Virus record (IMG/VR): IMGVR_UViG_3300028591_000092
Location: 43,662-107,661 of that record
Strand: one strand, 5' to 3'
Source: a virus
Lineage: Duplodnaviria > Heunggongvirae > Uroviricota > Caudoviricetes
DNA length: 64,000 bases
Positions 1 to 13,600 of this stretch are shown in pieces. A program made the translations under genes and the position numbers. Every line of letters starts with the position of its first letter. The stretch's first letter is position 1. Below the pieces are notes generated by a model. That model was not told the origin of the DNA and ran no database searches. It saw only the letters and a list, made by a program, of their open reading frames with translations.

Positions 1-1260
1 TCTAAACCACAAGAAATCTTTATACTGTTCGTGATTTATCTCTCCTTTGATTTTTGCCGTTTTATTATATAGCGTCCATTCGTCATATAATGACTGATAA
101 TAAGGATTCAGTATAGTCTAAGAATGATCTACTTTTCCTTCTTTTGTATCATAATCATCATAAAAGTCAGGATTTAATTCTTTTGACCAACTGCCGTTTA
201 CCTATAACAGATTAATAGCTTTAAAATCTTCATCTTGACTAAAGTCTTTATCAAAACATAGTTGGCTAAATTGTCCATAATTCATTTTAACATTGGCAAA
301 TCTAACAAATCTTTTTCCAAATATTGGTTTATAGCTCTATGATTCGTTATCTTTATTGTATTTAGAATTAAAATGTAAATCAATGTCTGTTAATAGCTTT
401 TCACTAACTACAGGATCATGTAATAATGCATAGTTAAAATATTGCTAAATAGCACCATCTGCTTTAACACCATTTGCTGCTATACCAACGTTATCTTTTC
501 CAACAGAGTTTTCTTGCTAAATTTTATACTTTGTGATAGGAGATAAATAGCTGTATACAACACTATGTGATTTACCAGGACTTGTTTTTTCAACGCGCTC
601 TATTGTGGACATCATAGTATCCATCTCCATGAGTTGTTGTGAAGACTCCAAGTTATGAATATCAGAAGAAATAGCATAAACACCGTGCATTATTCTATTT
701 TTTAATGCTGGAGTAGAAGCGCGGGATGAATTGTGACGATTTAATAAGTCTATCAATTTATTAGATGTAGGAGTTGTTGCTGTCTCTAATAGTCTAAAGA
801 ACTATTCATAACTTGACTCAACATACTCTGACAAATATACCAGACGCTTGCCTTGTCTATAATTATCTAACACATCTAATAACCCATTATAAAACTTAAC
901 TTTCTAAACACCACTTAACGTCTTAGAAAACTCAAATAGTGTGTCAAAAGTTGTAGCTTTTAATAAATCTCCGCCATCATCAGTATTTATCCCAAATTGC
1001 TATAAGAACTCAGCAAATATCTAGTCTCTATTTAATAACACTGGGAGTGCTATTTCATTTTCTGACAATTCAGATCCGGAATTAATTTTTCCGTTTTCTT
1101 TTTTGCTAATTTCCCTATAAGCTATATATAATTCTGGATTTGGATTTTTTAATTTAAACGAATCTAAGATTGCTTGCTGAGAATCATATTGGAATAATGG
1201 TGACGATCCTGCTATCTTACCAGTTGCATCAGTTTCGTACATCATTGTATATGCTTTATC
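1..1260 (-). CDS. Virion RNA polymerase, 3' exon (runs off the window start; TAG read as Gln)
   Basis: Begins GAT AAA GCA TAT (DKAY), completing GSDFDI|DKAY. Same frame as track ORFs 1021..1263 and 517..756. In the parts translated by hand the only in-frame stops are TAG; includes NSVGKDNVGIAANGVK. Confidence 0.88.
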
Positions 1261-2148
1261 CATTTATGTTAACTTTATCTTTCGATAAAGATCAGACTAT
1301 ATCTTCACTCTTTCGAGTGGTGTGCATTTCAGTCCCGTCGTTTATAGGACTTACTTTATAAAGCATAGAAGGAATTTGTTCTACATAAGGTTTTACAATT
1401 TTTATAAATTTTCTCCCCTCTTTCGTTCCACAACATAATGAATAACTATCATCTTTTCTTCCTTCGTGAAATGTGTAAAATTTAACTCCAAATTTATCAT
1501 AAATTTTTTGTATAATTTCGTTACATTGTTCTTTTGGAAGACATGTTGAAATTTTAACATAAAACCCATGGTATTGTCCATTTTGGCACTTTCTATTATT
1601 TAAATGCCCATCATCCATATACCAAATCGCTAAACCTTGTTCGTCAATACGATTTATTAATTTTGTATATGATTTCACTGGTTTATACATTATTTTTCTC
1701 AACATTTTTATAAATGGAATTATATTTAACTAAGTATAACATACTCTCTTCCCTATATTATACCCTTTTGTACTTGTATAATATTTAATCCCATTATTTC
1801 TTAAGCCGTGTTGATTTAGAAGATTTATTTTCCATTTCAAATAATCTTCTTGTTCTACTCCATGACTTAATTTCATTACATTGTTAGAACAAATAGTACC
1901 ATCGCCTAAACATAAGGCAATTAACAAATTTCTACTTTCTTTATTTATTTTTGTTTTCATATCCTATTGGAATGTTATAATTAAAAATTAGTCGTTGAAC
2001 CTTTTCCTTTTAATGAACTTGGCTGCTGATCGCCCAATCTTTTATATTTTTAAGCATTCGCGTTTGATTTTTCAACCTGCGCTGTAGCTATAAAAGCTCT
2101 AAGGGTTTTCCAGCAATTAACACACTTTAATGACATCAATTAAAGTTT
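1261..2148 (-). mobile_element. Group I self-splicing intron (888 nt) in the RNAP catalytic motif
   Basis: 5' exon ends in U (GAC AUU) and the intron ends in G. P1: exon UGACAUU pairs with intron GAUGUCA (U.G at the splice site). P AAUUGCUGGAAA 2118-2107, Q GAUCAGCAGCC 2031-2021, R GUUCAACGACUA 2000-1989, S AAGAUAUAGUCU 1305-1294, P9 CUUUAUC-GAAA-GAUAAAG. An in-frame TAA follows the 5' splice site. Confidence 0.93.
1292..1960 (-). CDS. Intron-encoded double-motif LAGLIDADG homing endonuclease (222 aa, one in-frame TAG)
   Basis: Motifs LLIALCLGDGTI and GLAIWYMDDGHL. Track ORFs 1730..1960 and 1292..1705 are in frame, separated by TAG at 1730-1732. The TGA stop overlaps the S element. Confidence 0.9.
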
Positions 2149-5100
2149 AATGTCAAAGTCAGATCCTTGAAATATTATTTCATACACATTTACATAACCA
2201 TTATTTGTATCACCATCTATGAATGCTACAGTTTCGTTAGCCATAAAGCTCTAGAATGCCTGTGAAGGAATACGTGCAGAAATAGTATAATTAGAAACCA
2301 AAAAGCTGTTATATACTTTTACTGCTTGTTCATATATACTCTTATCAATATTTCTTGAGTTTAAGTCTAACTCATTATATCTTTCGCAGAAACGTCTAAA
2401 TTGTCCACCATCATAATAAGCAGTAGCTTCCTTATTATTTGCAGCAATTTTTGCAACATCAGACTTTTTGAAATCTTTGCTATATATTACAATTTGAGTC
2501 TTTCCGTTTTCTAATATTTTAGTTGTAAAATAACACGAAGATGTAGGAATTTCTACTATTTTTTCTCCTATATAATTATTTAAGTAGTATTTTCCGTCAT
2601 CTTCCGTTATTAAAGCATTCTCCTGGGATGCAAAAGTTGCGTCGTCCGGAATATTATTTGTTGTGTAACAAATCTCATTATCTTTAGTTACAATATTTAA
2701 TGCAAAACCATCCTAATCTTCTGCTTTTACGATTTCTTCGATTTGTATATCTTTCTTTATTTTCTCAACAAAATATTGAGGACCTACTCTTCTTATTTTA
2801 CTTAGCGAATCATATAGATGCTATGAAGACTTATTTACTTTTGGTAAAATCTGTTCGCCTGGTTTATATTCTACTTTTGATATAGAAACTAGCCGCCCAG
2901 CCAAATAATCTTTGTATGTAGGATAGTATCCAGGATTTTCTTTATTACCAATGGCCTTAAGATTTGCTCTATAATATAGAACGTTTTGTTTACTCTTCGG
3001 ATCTTGAAGTTTTCTTAAAGTAGAATCAAGCATCCAAAGAGATTTCTTTTCGCCATTAGCATCTACAAATGTAACTGAAGTTGGCTTCAAATCTCTCTGT
3101 TCTTGGAAATGCTAATATACAGTAATGTTCTTCGTTTTTATTAGCTTATCTACTTTTATTAAATCTTGCGGAGTTCTTATCTCTATTTTATACCAAGACT
3201 CTTTATTTCCATCCTCAATATTTACCCAATCACCTATTGTAATATCATTAGCTGATGTAATTAACTTGTCCTAGAACTCTGGCCTAGACAACACCTAACT
3301 AATAATACTTTTCTCATTGCCTATATATTTATTTTCTCTTCCTAATTCAAGCAAATCTGTTCTTGTGTAACGATTACCAAAACTGTCTTCATAAATACCA
3401 ATAATTCCATGAGACGGGTTTTGAATAATTGCAATACCAGCAAACTTTTGTCTTAAAGAACTTGAGTTAAGATTACTAATAAAGTCAGAAGTTATTTTGT
3501 TAAATATTTCAGGAGAGCTGTATGGTAATTGTATAAATTCACCTTTACCTGCAGCATTGGCAATTGCAGATTCAAGAGTAGTTCTTACAATGTCTATTGC
3601 ATTAGAGCTAACAACAGACTTCTTAAGAGATTCCATAAGTTCTTTTGCAAGCTTAATATGGAATGCCTTGTGATCTGCTGACTTATTCCATGCTAACCTA
3701 AGCGGTCTTAAACTGTTTTCAAGAATTAGGCCAAGATCAGAATAAATTTCGTTACAAAGATCTATATTTTCTCCATTGAACGATAGTGCAGTTAACACCT
3801 AAGTTAAGGCAGGGATTAAAGATTCGTCAGCCTCGTGAGTGTAGTCTTGTTGTATGCCCATTCTAGAAGTATCTGCTGTAAAATATTCAAAATCAGAATC
3901 CTCGTCGAACATTGTATACTAAGGATTTAGGTTACAAACACCAGATTTAACGGCAGAGACATCTGCTGTTTTTGCAATAATCTGCTCTTTAACATTTGCA
4001 TCATATTCTGATATTAAATCTGCAACAATATCTTGAGATACTTCGCTTAATGCAATGTTACCTTCTTCATTCTTGCTCATTGAATTTTTACCACCAAAGG
4101 CATTCCATAAGTCGTAAACATTGTTTAACTAATTTTCAATAGGCGGCTTTGCAACACCAGTATTCAGAGACGTCCATGTAAATATTCCGGTCTATAAGTC
4201 GAAATCTGTTAGCTCACATAGTTCGCCATCAATATACTAATAAACATCATATCCAAGATCTGGTCGCTTTTCTTCTGGCGTGTTTGCCCAATTCTATATT
4301 AACTACTATATATTGCCTACTCTGTTTTGTTTCTTGAAGATGCGTTCAAAATCATAATGGTACTTATCAGGATTTTTAAACGAATTACGCATCAATTCAT
4401 TTGTGATGATAAATTCTGCGTGTTTCATCTAAGTAAAAGTAGCCCCTCTAGGGAAAAGACCGATAGACTTACTTGTACCAGCATAATCTTTTCCGGGGAA
4501 GCTTGCTTCTTCCCATTTTGAATGTATACCATTTGTGAATGTTCCACCATCATGAACTGGTTGGTCAACTCTGAATCCATTATACGTATACAATGGCGTT
4601 TCCATAGATTCTACTATGGCAATTTTCATTGTCTTTCCAACACCGCGTTTTAATCCAGATGTCATTGGTTCATAAGATGCAACAGCAGAGTTATTGCGCT
4701 TCTTGCCTTTTACCATTCTTGCGGACATCTCTTTAAAGATGCCATCATAGATAGACTTATCTACAGATTTCCATGTCCTAAAGTCACTTATTGCCTCTAT
4801 ATCAGAAATTTTAGCGTGTCCCTTATTCTACTCATGTATATAAGGCTGTTTAATAGAAACCATTAAATCAGCATCAGTGCATAATTGCTGCATTATAAAC
4901 CACTTACGCAAAATACAATCTGCAGTATTAGTTAATTGCCCATCTTTTTTACCATCGTTAGTCTACAACCAATAAGGGCTTCTAAAGAATTGATCGATGC
5001 TACTTTCATTTACGCCAGGATATTTGCTCTTATCTAAGAACATTTCGTGCAAAACGTTGCTATCTGACTCATGAATATTAATTGGGATGTTATTTTCTCT

Positions 5101-7692
5101 TATAAACGCAATAGTGTCGTCAAATCCTCTATTTAATAAATCATTTAGCAATTCTCTGTTTTCTGCACAAGCTATAGAATAGTATAAAGTGTTGTTAAAT
5201 CTTAAGCCTTGATTTGTGCGAACATAATGAATTTGGTCATTAAGCTCTATTCTATTATTTGGATTAAGTTTATTATAGTCTGCAAGTCTTTTATATAATT
5301 CATCATAAGAAATTGTTTCTAATTTCTTTATACATTCCTCTAATGTAGCAAAAGTTGTTCCAAAAAGTCTGTTATAATCAGATATTAAATTATCTCTAAT
5401 TATAGAGTAATAAGAAGCATGCTGTTCATAATAAAGATCTTCTAACTCTTTATATGTTAACTAATAAAACTTCTTACCATTATATTCAGCATAAGCATTA
5501 AATGCCATAATAGGTATTCTTGGCTTATCTGAAACACATTCCAACTAATTAAAGAATGTTTTATATTTGCAAATACCTTCAATAAAATCGTTATTTAAGG
5601 CAGTGCTCATTATTTCCTCTGCAGTTAATGATCTTGCAGCAACAATACTTTTTCCACCTCTAAAAGCAAAGTCCTAACGGTATAGAACTCTATCAGTAAA
5701 CGAATATGTGCTGTTTGGATCATTAGAGGATGTTAGTCCTTCTATCTTATGGAAAATTGTACTTGCAGGTTTGCCGTTAGCATCGACGAATGTTCTATTA
5801 AATTCGTGTAAGTTCTTTGCAAAATCTCCTATCGTATTAGGAACATTCTGTGATGATGTTACGTTCCCAGACTAGTCTCTCAATATGATGTTGTCATTTG
5901 AATTGTCTGATATTAATTCATCAGTAAATGCATTATACTCAGGAGAGTTTTTTATGAAATTATTAAAAGCATTATTTATTTGTGCGTTTAATGCACTCTC
6001 GTTTATATAACGATATGGCAGGATCTCATCTCGAACCATCGTGTTATATGCTACCAGAAACTGTGCAAGCTTATCTGCCACTATCGGATTTTCTAACTTT
6101 TTCTAAAGATTCTCACTAAAAATATTAATTCCAGTTAATCTTTGAACATAGTTTTGGAACTCTGGCGAATATATATCGTTAAATGTTGCAATTGTCTTGT
6201 TAGAGCTTCCTATTACGTATCGAGGATTATATAATTGCCACTGCCCAAGCGTTAAAGCGTCTTGTAATCTTGACTTTAAATCTGCAACAATATATTCCTT
6301 ACCTCTCAATACTTTTGTTGTGGATTTTGTTTTCACACCTTCTGGTGTAACAGCCAAGAATGCAGTATGTTGATGAGTCAAAACTTCATGTAACAATTGA
6401 TCAGCCCAGTCATATTTTTGTGCAAGCTTTCTACGCTCTTTTAGACTCTTGCTGTTCATTATATTTTTATATTGCTAGTCATACGTCTTGATCGCATTAT
6501 ATATTGCATCTGCAACATTCTCACCTATCCTGTCTCTTAATGCCGACGATTCATTTAATGCTCGCATTATATATTCAGCTCTTTTTCTTGCGCTTAATGA
6601 TGAATTAACAATGTCTCTGAAGTTAATTGTGTCTGCAATTCCTCGTACGTCAGAAACAAATGACTCGTTTTCATCAATCAAATTGTGAAGATGCTTAAAT
6701 AATGCGTTTAGATCGTATACAGTACAATACTCACCTGGATTCTTTTCTATTGTTTGTATAAAGCCAAGGAATAGTTTACCAGTTATTTCTCCAGCATCTA
6801 CAGACTTATAGTCATCACTAAAAGATTTCTTTCTGCCAACTTGACGCTTTTTTGTATATTTATCACCAAAGATCTCCAATTTACCTTTAAGCTGTGGGGC
6901 AATCAAGATTTCTCCTGCAGAAATATTTTCAATAAATGCATCAAAATTATTAAGCAGATAATATGCTTTTATTGGCATTAATACATTCTGTATTGTATCT
7001 AAAGAAACTCCAAGGTTAATTACTCCTCCATTACTATGAATCATACTTGCTATTTTATTTTTAGCAATTTTCATAATCTGTGGGTAAACGTCAGCATTCT
7101 GAATAGAATCACCATCTGGATCATATAAATATCCATCTCCAACTTGATCTAAAAACTCCTAAGCATTATTCTCTGTCTTTATAAATTCAAGCAAAGAACT
7201 AAACAGATTATTCTTATAATACTTTATAGCAGTATTTAAATCTTCTCTCGTAATCTGTATAGTAGATGTCGTTGGGTCATATACAGAGAATCTAAATAAA
7301 TCTTTATTTATTTCTGTAAATAAATATTGATTTAGTGACGCACTTAACCCAGGAAATAATTTAGCACGATTTTCAAAGTTAATGGTATCTTCAGGATTAA
7401 CGTTCTCTTTATTCGAGCTAAACAAGTTATCAAAATTTATAATAATAGATTGAATATCACTTGCTTGCACATTTCCTTTTTCTGCTATTAACTCTTTTAA
7501 TGTAATTAATGCATTTACTATGTCGGTTTTAGAAACCACATGATCTTCATCAAACAAATATACATTAAGCATATCTGTTTTAATGTAATCAATAATTTCT
7601 TGCTTTGAAGCTTTGTCTATAAGCTTTGTGGCAAGAAGAGTGAACTCACTCTCCTCGCCATTCGGCTTAATTCTAACTGAACAATAATTCAT
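2149..7692 (-). CDS. Virion RNA polymerase (crAss-like, phi14:2 gp66 type), 5' exon
   Basis: ATG at 7692 directly after the upstream TAA. All minus-strand track ORFs from 2821 to 7692 share one frame. Ends ...ARIPSQAF[TAG]SFM...IFQGSDFDI. DFDID is the established catalytic motif of crAss-like virion RNAPs. Confidence 0.9.
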
Positions 7693-7694
7693 AT

Positions 7695-10600
7695 TTATCC
7701 TTTACACTTACTATTAATTTCACTTGCAATACGTCTTAACGAAGTTCTCGAAGAGTTATACTTTCCCATAAGCTTGTTAATTGCAGCATTAATATCTTTA
7801 ATAGAAACTCCACCAGCAACATCCTCTAAATTTGTTAGTGAACTAATCCAATTAACTAGTTCTGCCATAGTTGCTGACACGTGTTTACTTTGTTCATCTT
7901 CTGTTGTATAATCATACTCTACAATATCAGAACCTCTGCGAATCTGTAAAGTTTGTGCCTAAAGGAATCCTTTAGCGTCGTCAATATTTTCTTGAGTTAC
8001 TTCTACAGTGTCTAATTCTTCTTGTGCTGGCTAAGATTCTGTAACTTCTGTTGTATCTGTAATTGTAGCAGTACCTAGCGTTTCGCTAGGGGTAACTGAC
8101 TCCATCTAATCCCAATCTATTAAATATCTCGGCATTTCGAATATTCTAGATATACGAACATTTCGACTATCAAATGCTTCGTTAAAGTTTGTTTTAAAGA
8201 AATAATCTGGATAAGTATAATTCAGATATGATATAACAGCCTTAACATCAGCATCTTCCTCAACGCCCCATGTTTTGTTTTGTACGCTAAACGCGTGTTT
8301 TGCTTTCGCCAAAAATTCTTTAATTGCTGTTCCGCTTATTGAATTTATTTCTCCATCAACGTTAAACGTAACATTGCTTCCGTCAAACATTTCATTTAAT
8401 TCGTCTATTCTAGCATTTATTGTCTCATAATCTCTAAACGAGTTCAGCTCATCAAACAACTAAGGATTTCCTTTGCTTTTTGCTAATCCCTAAAGAATTT
8501 GTTTAAGAGAAAATAACCGAATTCTTCCTGTTTTCGTTTTTTGCAACTATATTACATGTGATATTTCGTCTAGCAAAATTGGCTGCCTAGATATTTTAGA
8601 TGCATGATATTGTACAACTGCCCATCTTCGTTTATAAACCTTATCTATCCAATTGTCATCCGTCAGGTCTGCAAGTCTAAACTAAGAATACCATTCTTTA
8701 AATGCTGATTTTGCCTTTTCTGGAGTAGGATATGTTTCTGGACTATATACATATCCATTAGTACCACCTATAATTCTCCATCCAATATTAGCTAATTGAT
8801 CTTCTGTAATTCTTCCGTATGAAAATTTACCAAATAAGATTCCATTTGACGTTATTACAGAAGGCTCTTTAATCTTATACGGACGATAACCTGTATACTG
8901 AACAATTCCGTGACTGTATGCACCAAGCTTAGATAGATCTTTAATCTTACGATCACCTTGTAAATAACTAGAAATTGTTGTTTGTCTATCAGGCACTTGT
9001 CTAAACCTAAACTCTCTAACTTGTGTCGTATTAGTAGCGCTCATTTCAGTAAATAAGGTTTTTTGCTATTCAGATAACACATTTCCTTCAGAATCCAGAT
9101 TATAGCCAATCCTACCTATGCTAATGTATCCATTTCCAACTTTAATAGCAAGCCTCAAAAAGTATTCTTCTCCATTAGACTTCAGCCTTTCTTCATTGTT
9201 TACCTTGTTGTATGCATAGTCAACATTAGAATCAAAAATTTTTCCAATAACTGCTATTATCTAGAATCTACCTTCCTCATAAAATTTATATGCATCATTA
9301 ATAAATGATTCATAATAATCTAATAAGTCTTTTCCTGATTCTATACTAGCATGTTCACCATATAATGGTAATATTGCAGTGCGTTCTATCCAGAACCTTG
9401 CTAAGTCAAACTGTTTTTCGGCCTCAGGAACTTCACTCATAATAGCGTTAATCTCTGCTTCTCCACTTGCCTTCTTTAACTTTTCCACCTAATCTGTTGT
9501 TAATCCAATTCTTATAAGAGCAGGATGGACACCAGACATGTTGTTACCAACCTTCTTCTTTGCAGTAGTTTCTTCTGAATCCTTCGTGCTAGCCTCCTCC
9601 ACAACAGGAGTTGTTTGTTCTATAGGAGACTCTTCTTTAGGGCCCTCTATTTCATCCTGAAGAGGTTGCTCTTCTTCTGCATCATCTAAGTTAACTTTTA
9701 GTTCTGGTTTATTCTCTGGCTCTCCAGTTTTTGGAAGAGATTCCAAGATGGATCTCAACTACTAAACGGTGTTTTTAGAAACAACATCTGTATCTGCATA
9801 TTCTTGTTTTCTGATAGAAATATCTTTTACAGTAGTTATGCTATTATATGACATAAGTCCATTGATAGGATCCTCGTAGTATAATCCAAAATCACGACTT
9901 CTGGTAATAAGCATATTAACTTTTTGAGTATCAATGTCTTTATTTGTATTGCCAGGAGTTCTGGAAAGTTTATACCCAACGACATAATCATATTCATCTC
10001 CTTGAATTTGTTCAAGAGTTAAATATGTTACGTTATCTCCTGCAATAGTTTTTATTTCGTTGTATATTGAATTATTTTCATTAACTTCAGGAACAACAAC
10101 TGCTATTTCTTTATTCTTAAGCTTTAGTTGTTCTAGATGTTTCTTAAACTCTTCAATATCAAATGTAACAAGATCACCAAAATATTCCCCAGTATCTGTT
10201 ATGTTGTATTTTAATGGATGCGCTTTGAAATAATCATTCCATAGATGGTTTTCTGGATAAAGAGACTCTTTATATAAACTTAGATATGGTCCAAACACAC
10301 CATTATCTTTTATTAATGAATCTCGCAGTATTCCAGCATTTCCAGATTTGCCTTCATTAGAAGCCCTATAGGAACCAACCAAAACACTTGTATTATGCCC
10401 AGCAATATTTCGTAAATTATAAGGCAGTTCTGTATCCCCTCTACGAACAGACCATCCCATCTGAGTTTGGTCACCTAACAAGAATATTTTTGCTCCTTTT
10501 TTACTAGCCTGTAAATCAATCAGTTGAGAAACATAAGGGTTCAAGAATGTTGCTTCATCAATAACTACAGAATCTGTTATTTCAAAATCTTCGGCAGATT

Positions 10601-13600
10601 TAATACCAAAATCTTTTACAGTTATTCTCTATATTCCAGTATCTTTGTAATATAGCGTTTCTACTTGTATTGTGTAATCTTCACCTGCTGCAGTTTTTGC
10701 AAAAATCTATATATTAAATAGATCGTCTTTTATGTGTGTGGCAGATATATTACCATCCACAACGGCCTCTTTATTTGATAGCAATTTATCATAGTTCTTT
10801 GCAACAACTTCAGAAGCTTTTCTCATTCCCTCTGAGAATACTTTTGCCGCTGCAGAAATTTCTTCTCCTAAGAATTTCTCTAATGACTATCCATCGCTAA
10901 CGCCAAGATCTTTTTCGAGACTCTTTACTTTGTTTTCTGTTTTCGAAACTGCCTTAACTTTTCCAATTTTGTCTTTTAATAAAGAAATTATATGGTTTTT
11001 ACCACTGCCTGGAGCACCAATAATTGTGATCGTGTTCAAGGCTAATGTTTTTCCTACAAAAGCTTTATCGTCTTTATGAACTCCGATTTCTCTAATAACA
11101 TATTTAGCTTCTTCGAAATTATTTATTGTCGCTAAAACAGATCTTAAAACTAAACTTTGACTAAAACCTGGATCTGATAATGGATTTTTTTCATATATTT
11201 CAGTAATTTCTGTCAAGTAGTTTTCAGGAGAATAATAAACAAGCTCTCCAAGTCTACGAGCTAAAAAGTTACTTTTTACTTTAGGTTTTTTTGTCTAGTC
11301 TTTAGTAACCGCTGTTTCGGCATCATAATCAACATCCGTAATATCACCGTCAGTTCCAAACTTATTATCTCTTATTGCATCAAATAACGTTTTGATAAAT
11401 GTAGTAGCTTCTATGTCTTTGTTTTCTTCTAAGAATGCCTGTACACTATTATAAAACGACTATTCTACAGCTAAACAATATTGTTCATTATCTGGAACAT
11501 CGGGATTTACGGATTGGTCAACTATTAACTTAAACTCTCTTTCTTGGACAGTTAAATTAAACGTGCCTTTTTCTATCAAATCTTTATAGAAAGAAGACAG
11601 GTTTTCGTAATGATTTTTCTTTCTAATCTAATCCAGCTCTCTACTGTCACGAACTATTTGCTCTGAAACAGAAACTAAGAACTTTATCTTATCCTTTGTT
11701 GCGGCAACCCATTTCTAGACATAGCCAGCATCTTCTCTCGATATAACTTGATATTGCTCTTTCAGCGCATCGTTATTTCCATATAAGTCTATAAACTCTC
11801 TAGACAGTTCAGAAATACTCTTATAGTTTTCTGAGCTTGCCATAGAAATGGCTATTGCGTTTATTGCATCAAGAGCATTAAGTGCACTGCGTAGCCTGTC
11901 TACGTCATCCGTCGTTAGTGCAAATGAAGAGAATCTATGTGCGTCGCGCAAAGACGTTTCGGCGCTTTCTAGTGCAGAAAAGATGTCTGATCCAAGTGTG
12001 CTGCCAACAAGTTGAGAATAAATGTTTTTAGCAACATCAACAAGTGGGTTTTTGTGGGTTACTTTTTTCTTTAAAGCGACTAAAGATGTTAAAGCTTTAA
12101 TCAACAAAGCTGCATCTGCCTTAGATATTGTTGCTTCTCTAGATAGGTCTGTTTGGTCAGACATGCTCTATATATGGTCTATCATTTGCTTAGCAAGCGC
12201 ATCACGTCCATTGTTAGCATGCAAGAAAAAAGCATCAATTTTGTCCTTGATTACGCCAAAGTCGTCAAGTTTAGATGCTCTTTCAATTATAGGATTATAT
12301 AATTTTTCTAAAAGATTATACAATTCTTCGTCTATATCTACACCATCAAGATATTGCTCTAGTTCTGACAATTTAAAGAAGCTTATATCTTCGTCTTTAT
12401 TTAACTTTTCTTCATTAATTCCAACTGTCTCTAGGATTACTCCTAACGTATGCTCTTCCTACTTTTTCTCATTTTCTTTTTCACTAGAAGCACGCAACTC
12501 ACGAATTTTCTTGGCATAAAGATTATTACTATCTGGCGAAAGAGCCGCGTTTACATTTGAAACAAGCTCTTTAATTTGCTCTTTGCTCCAGTAATTTATT
12601 CCACTATGAGCGGCGAATGTGTTAAGTAGTTTTTCTACAATTTTCGTTTCTTGATCAGAGAACCCGTCTAACGTGATAATTCCCCTCTTAATAAGTTCTG
12701 TTCCAAATTGTGTTTTAAAAGCGTCAGATAAAGTAAACGATAGATTATTGTCTTTTATTATCTTTGACAAATATTTAGGAATTCTGTCTCTATCTAAGGC
12801 ATATGCCTGTCTTTGCTTTTCTTCGTCAGAAAGATCAGGATTATTTAATATTTCTGTAATTGCTTGCTAATAATCATCTAAGTTATACAGCTCGCGAATA
12901 AATGCGCTTTTATGTTTTGAATTTGCAAATTTTGCTATGTCTTTAGACGTTTTCCCTATCAGTGATTGTAACAGTTTACGCAATTTTGGTAGATAATCAT
13001 GAAGATTCTCAGAGGTTCCTTCTTGTATATTTTTCCATTCATCTATTACAGTCTTCTTTTCTTGCTCTGAAAGACTATTAAAGTCTTCGATACCATATGT
13101 GTTGTAAGCATATGATTCTGGATCCATACTTAACAAGAAGTTTCTTATTCTATCATCTTCAAGAATCTTATATTCTATACCGAAGTTAATATTTTGGTCA
13201 CCATTAAAGAAGCCCTATAGTTGTTTTTTCTTTTGCTCAAATGCTTTCTTTTTAGCTTCTTTTTCTTCTTTAGAAGCATTCTCTCCTAAAGCGTTTAAAT
13301 CATTTTTAGCACTCAGTAATTCGGTTGCTAATGCACTAAATGAATTAGTTATATATTCGTCAAACTTGCTCTAAGCAACAGTTGAGTTGGTGTATGCCTA
13401 AGATATAATCTGTCTTTTTACATCATCTGTTAACGCTTTGAAGTCTGGATTTAAATTATAAAATGCAAGTGCCTCTTTTACATCTGTATCAACAAATTTT
13501 TCTAAGGCTTCAACATATCTTAAAGCAGCCTCAGCAACAAGATCCGCTTGACTTTGTCCTTCTGCATTTAAGTAGACTGTCTGTCCATTTACTTGCATTG

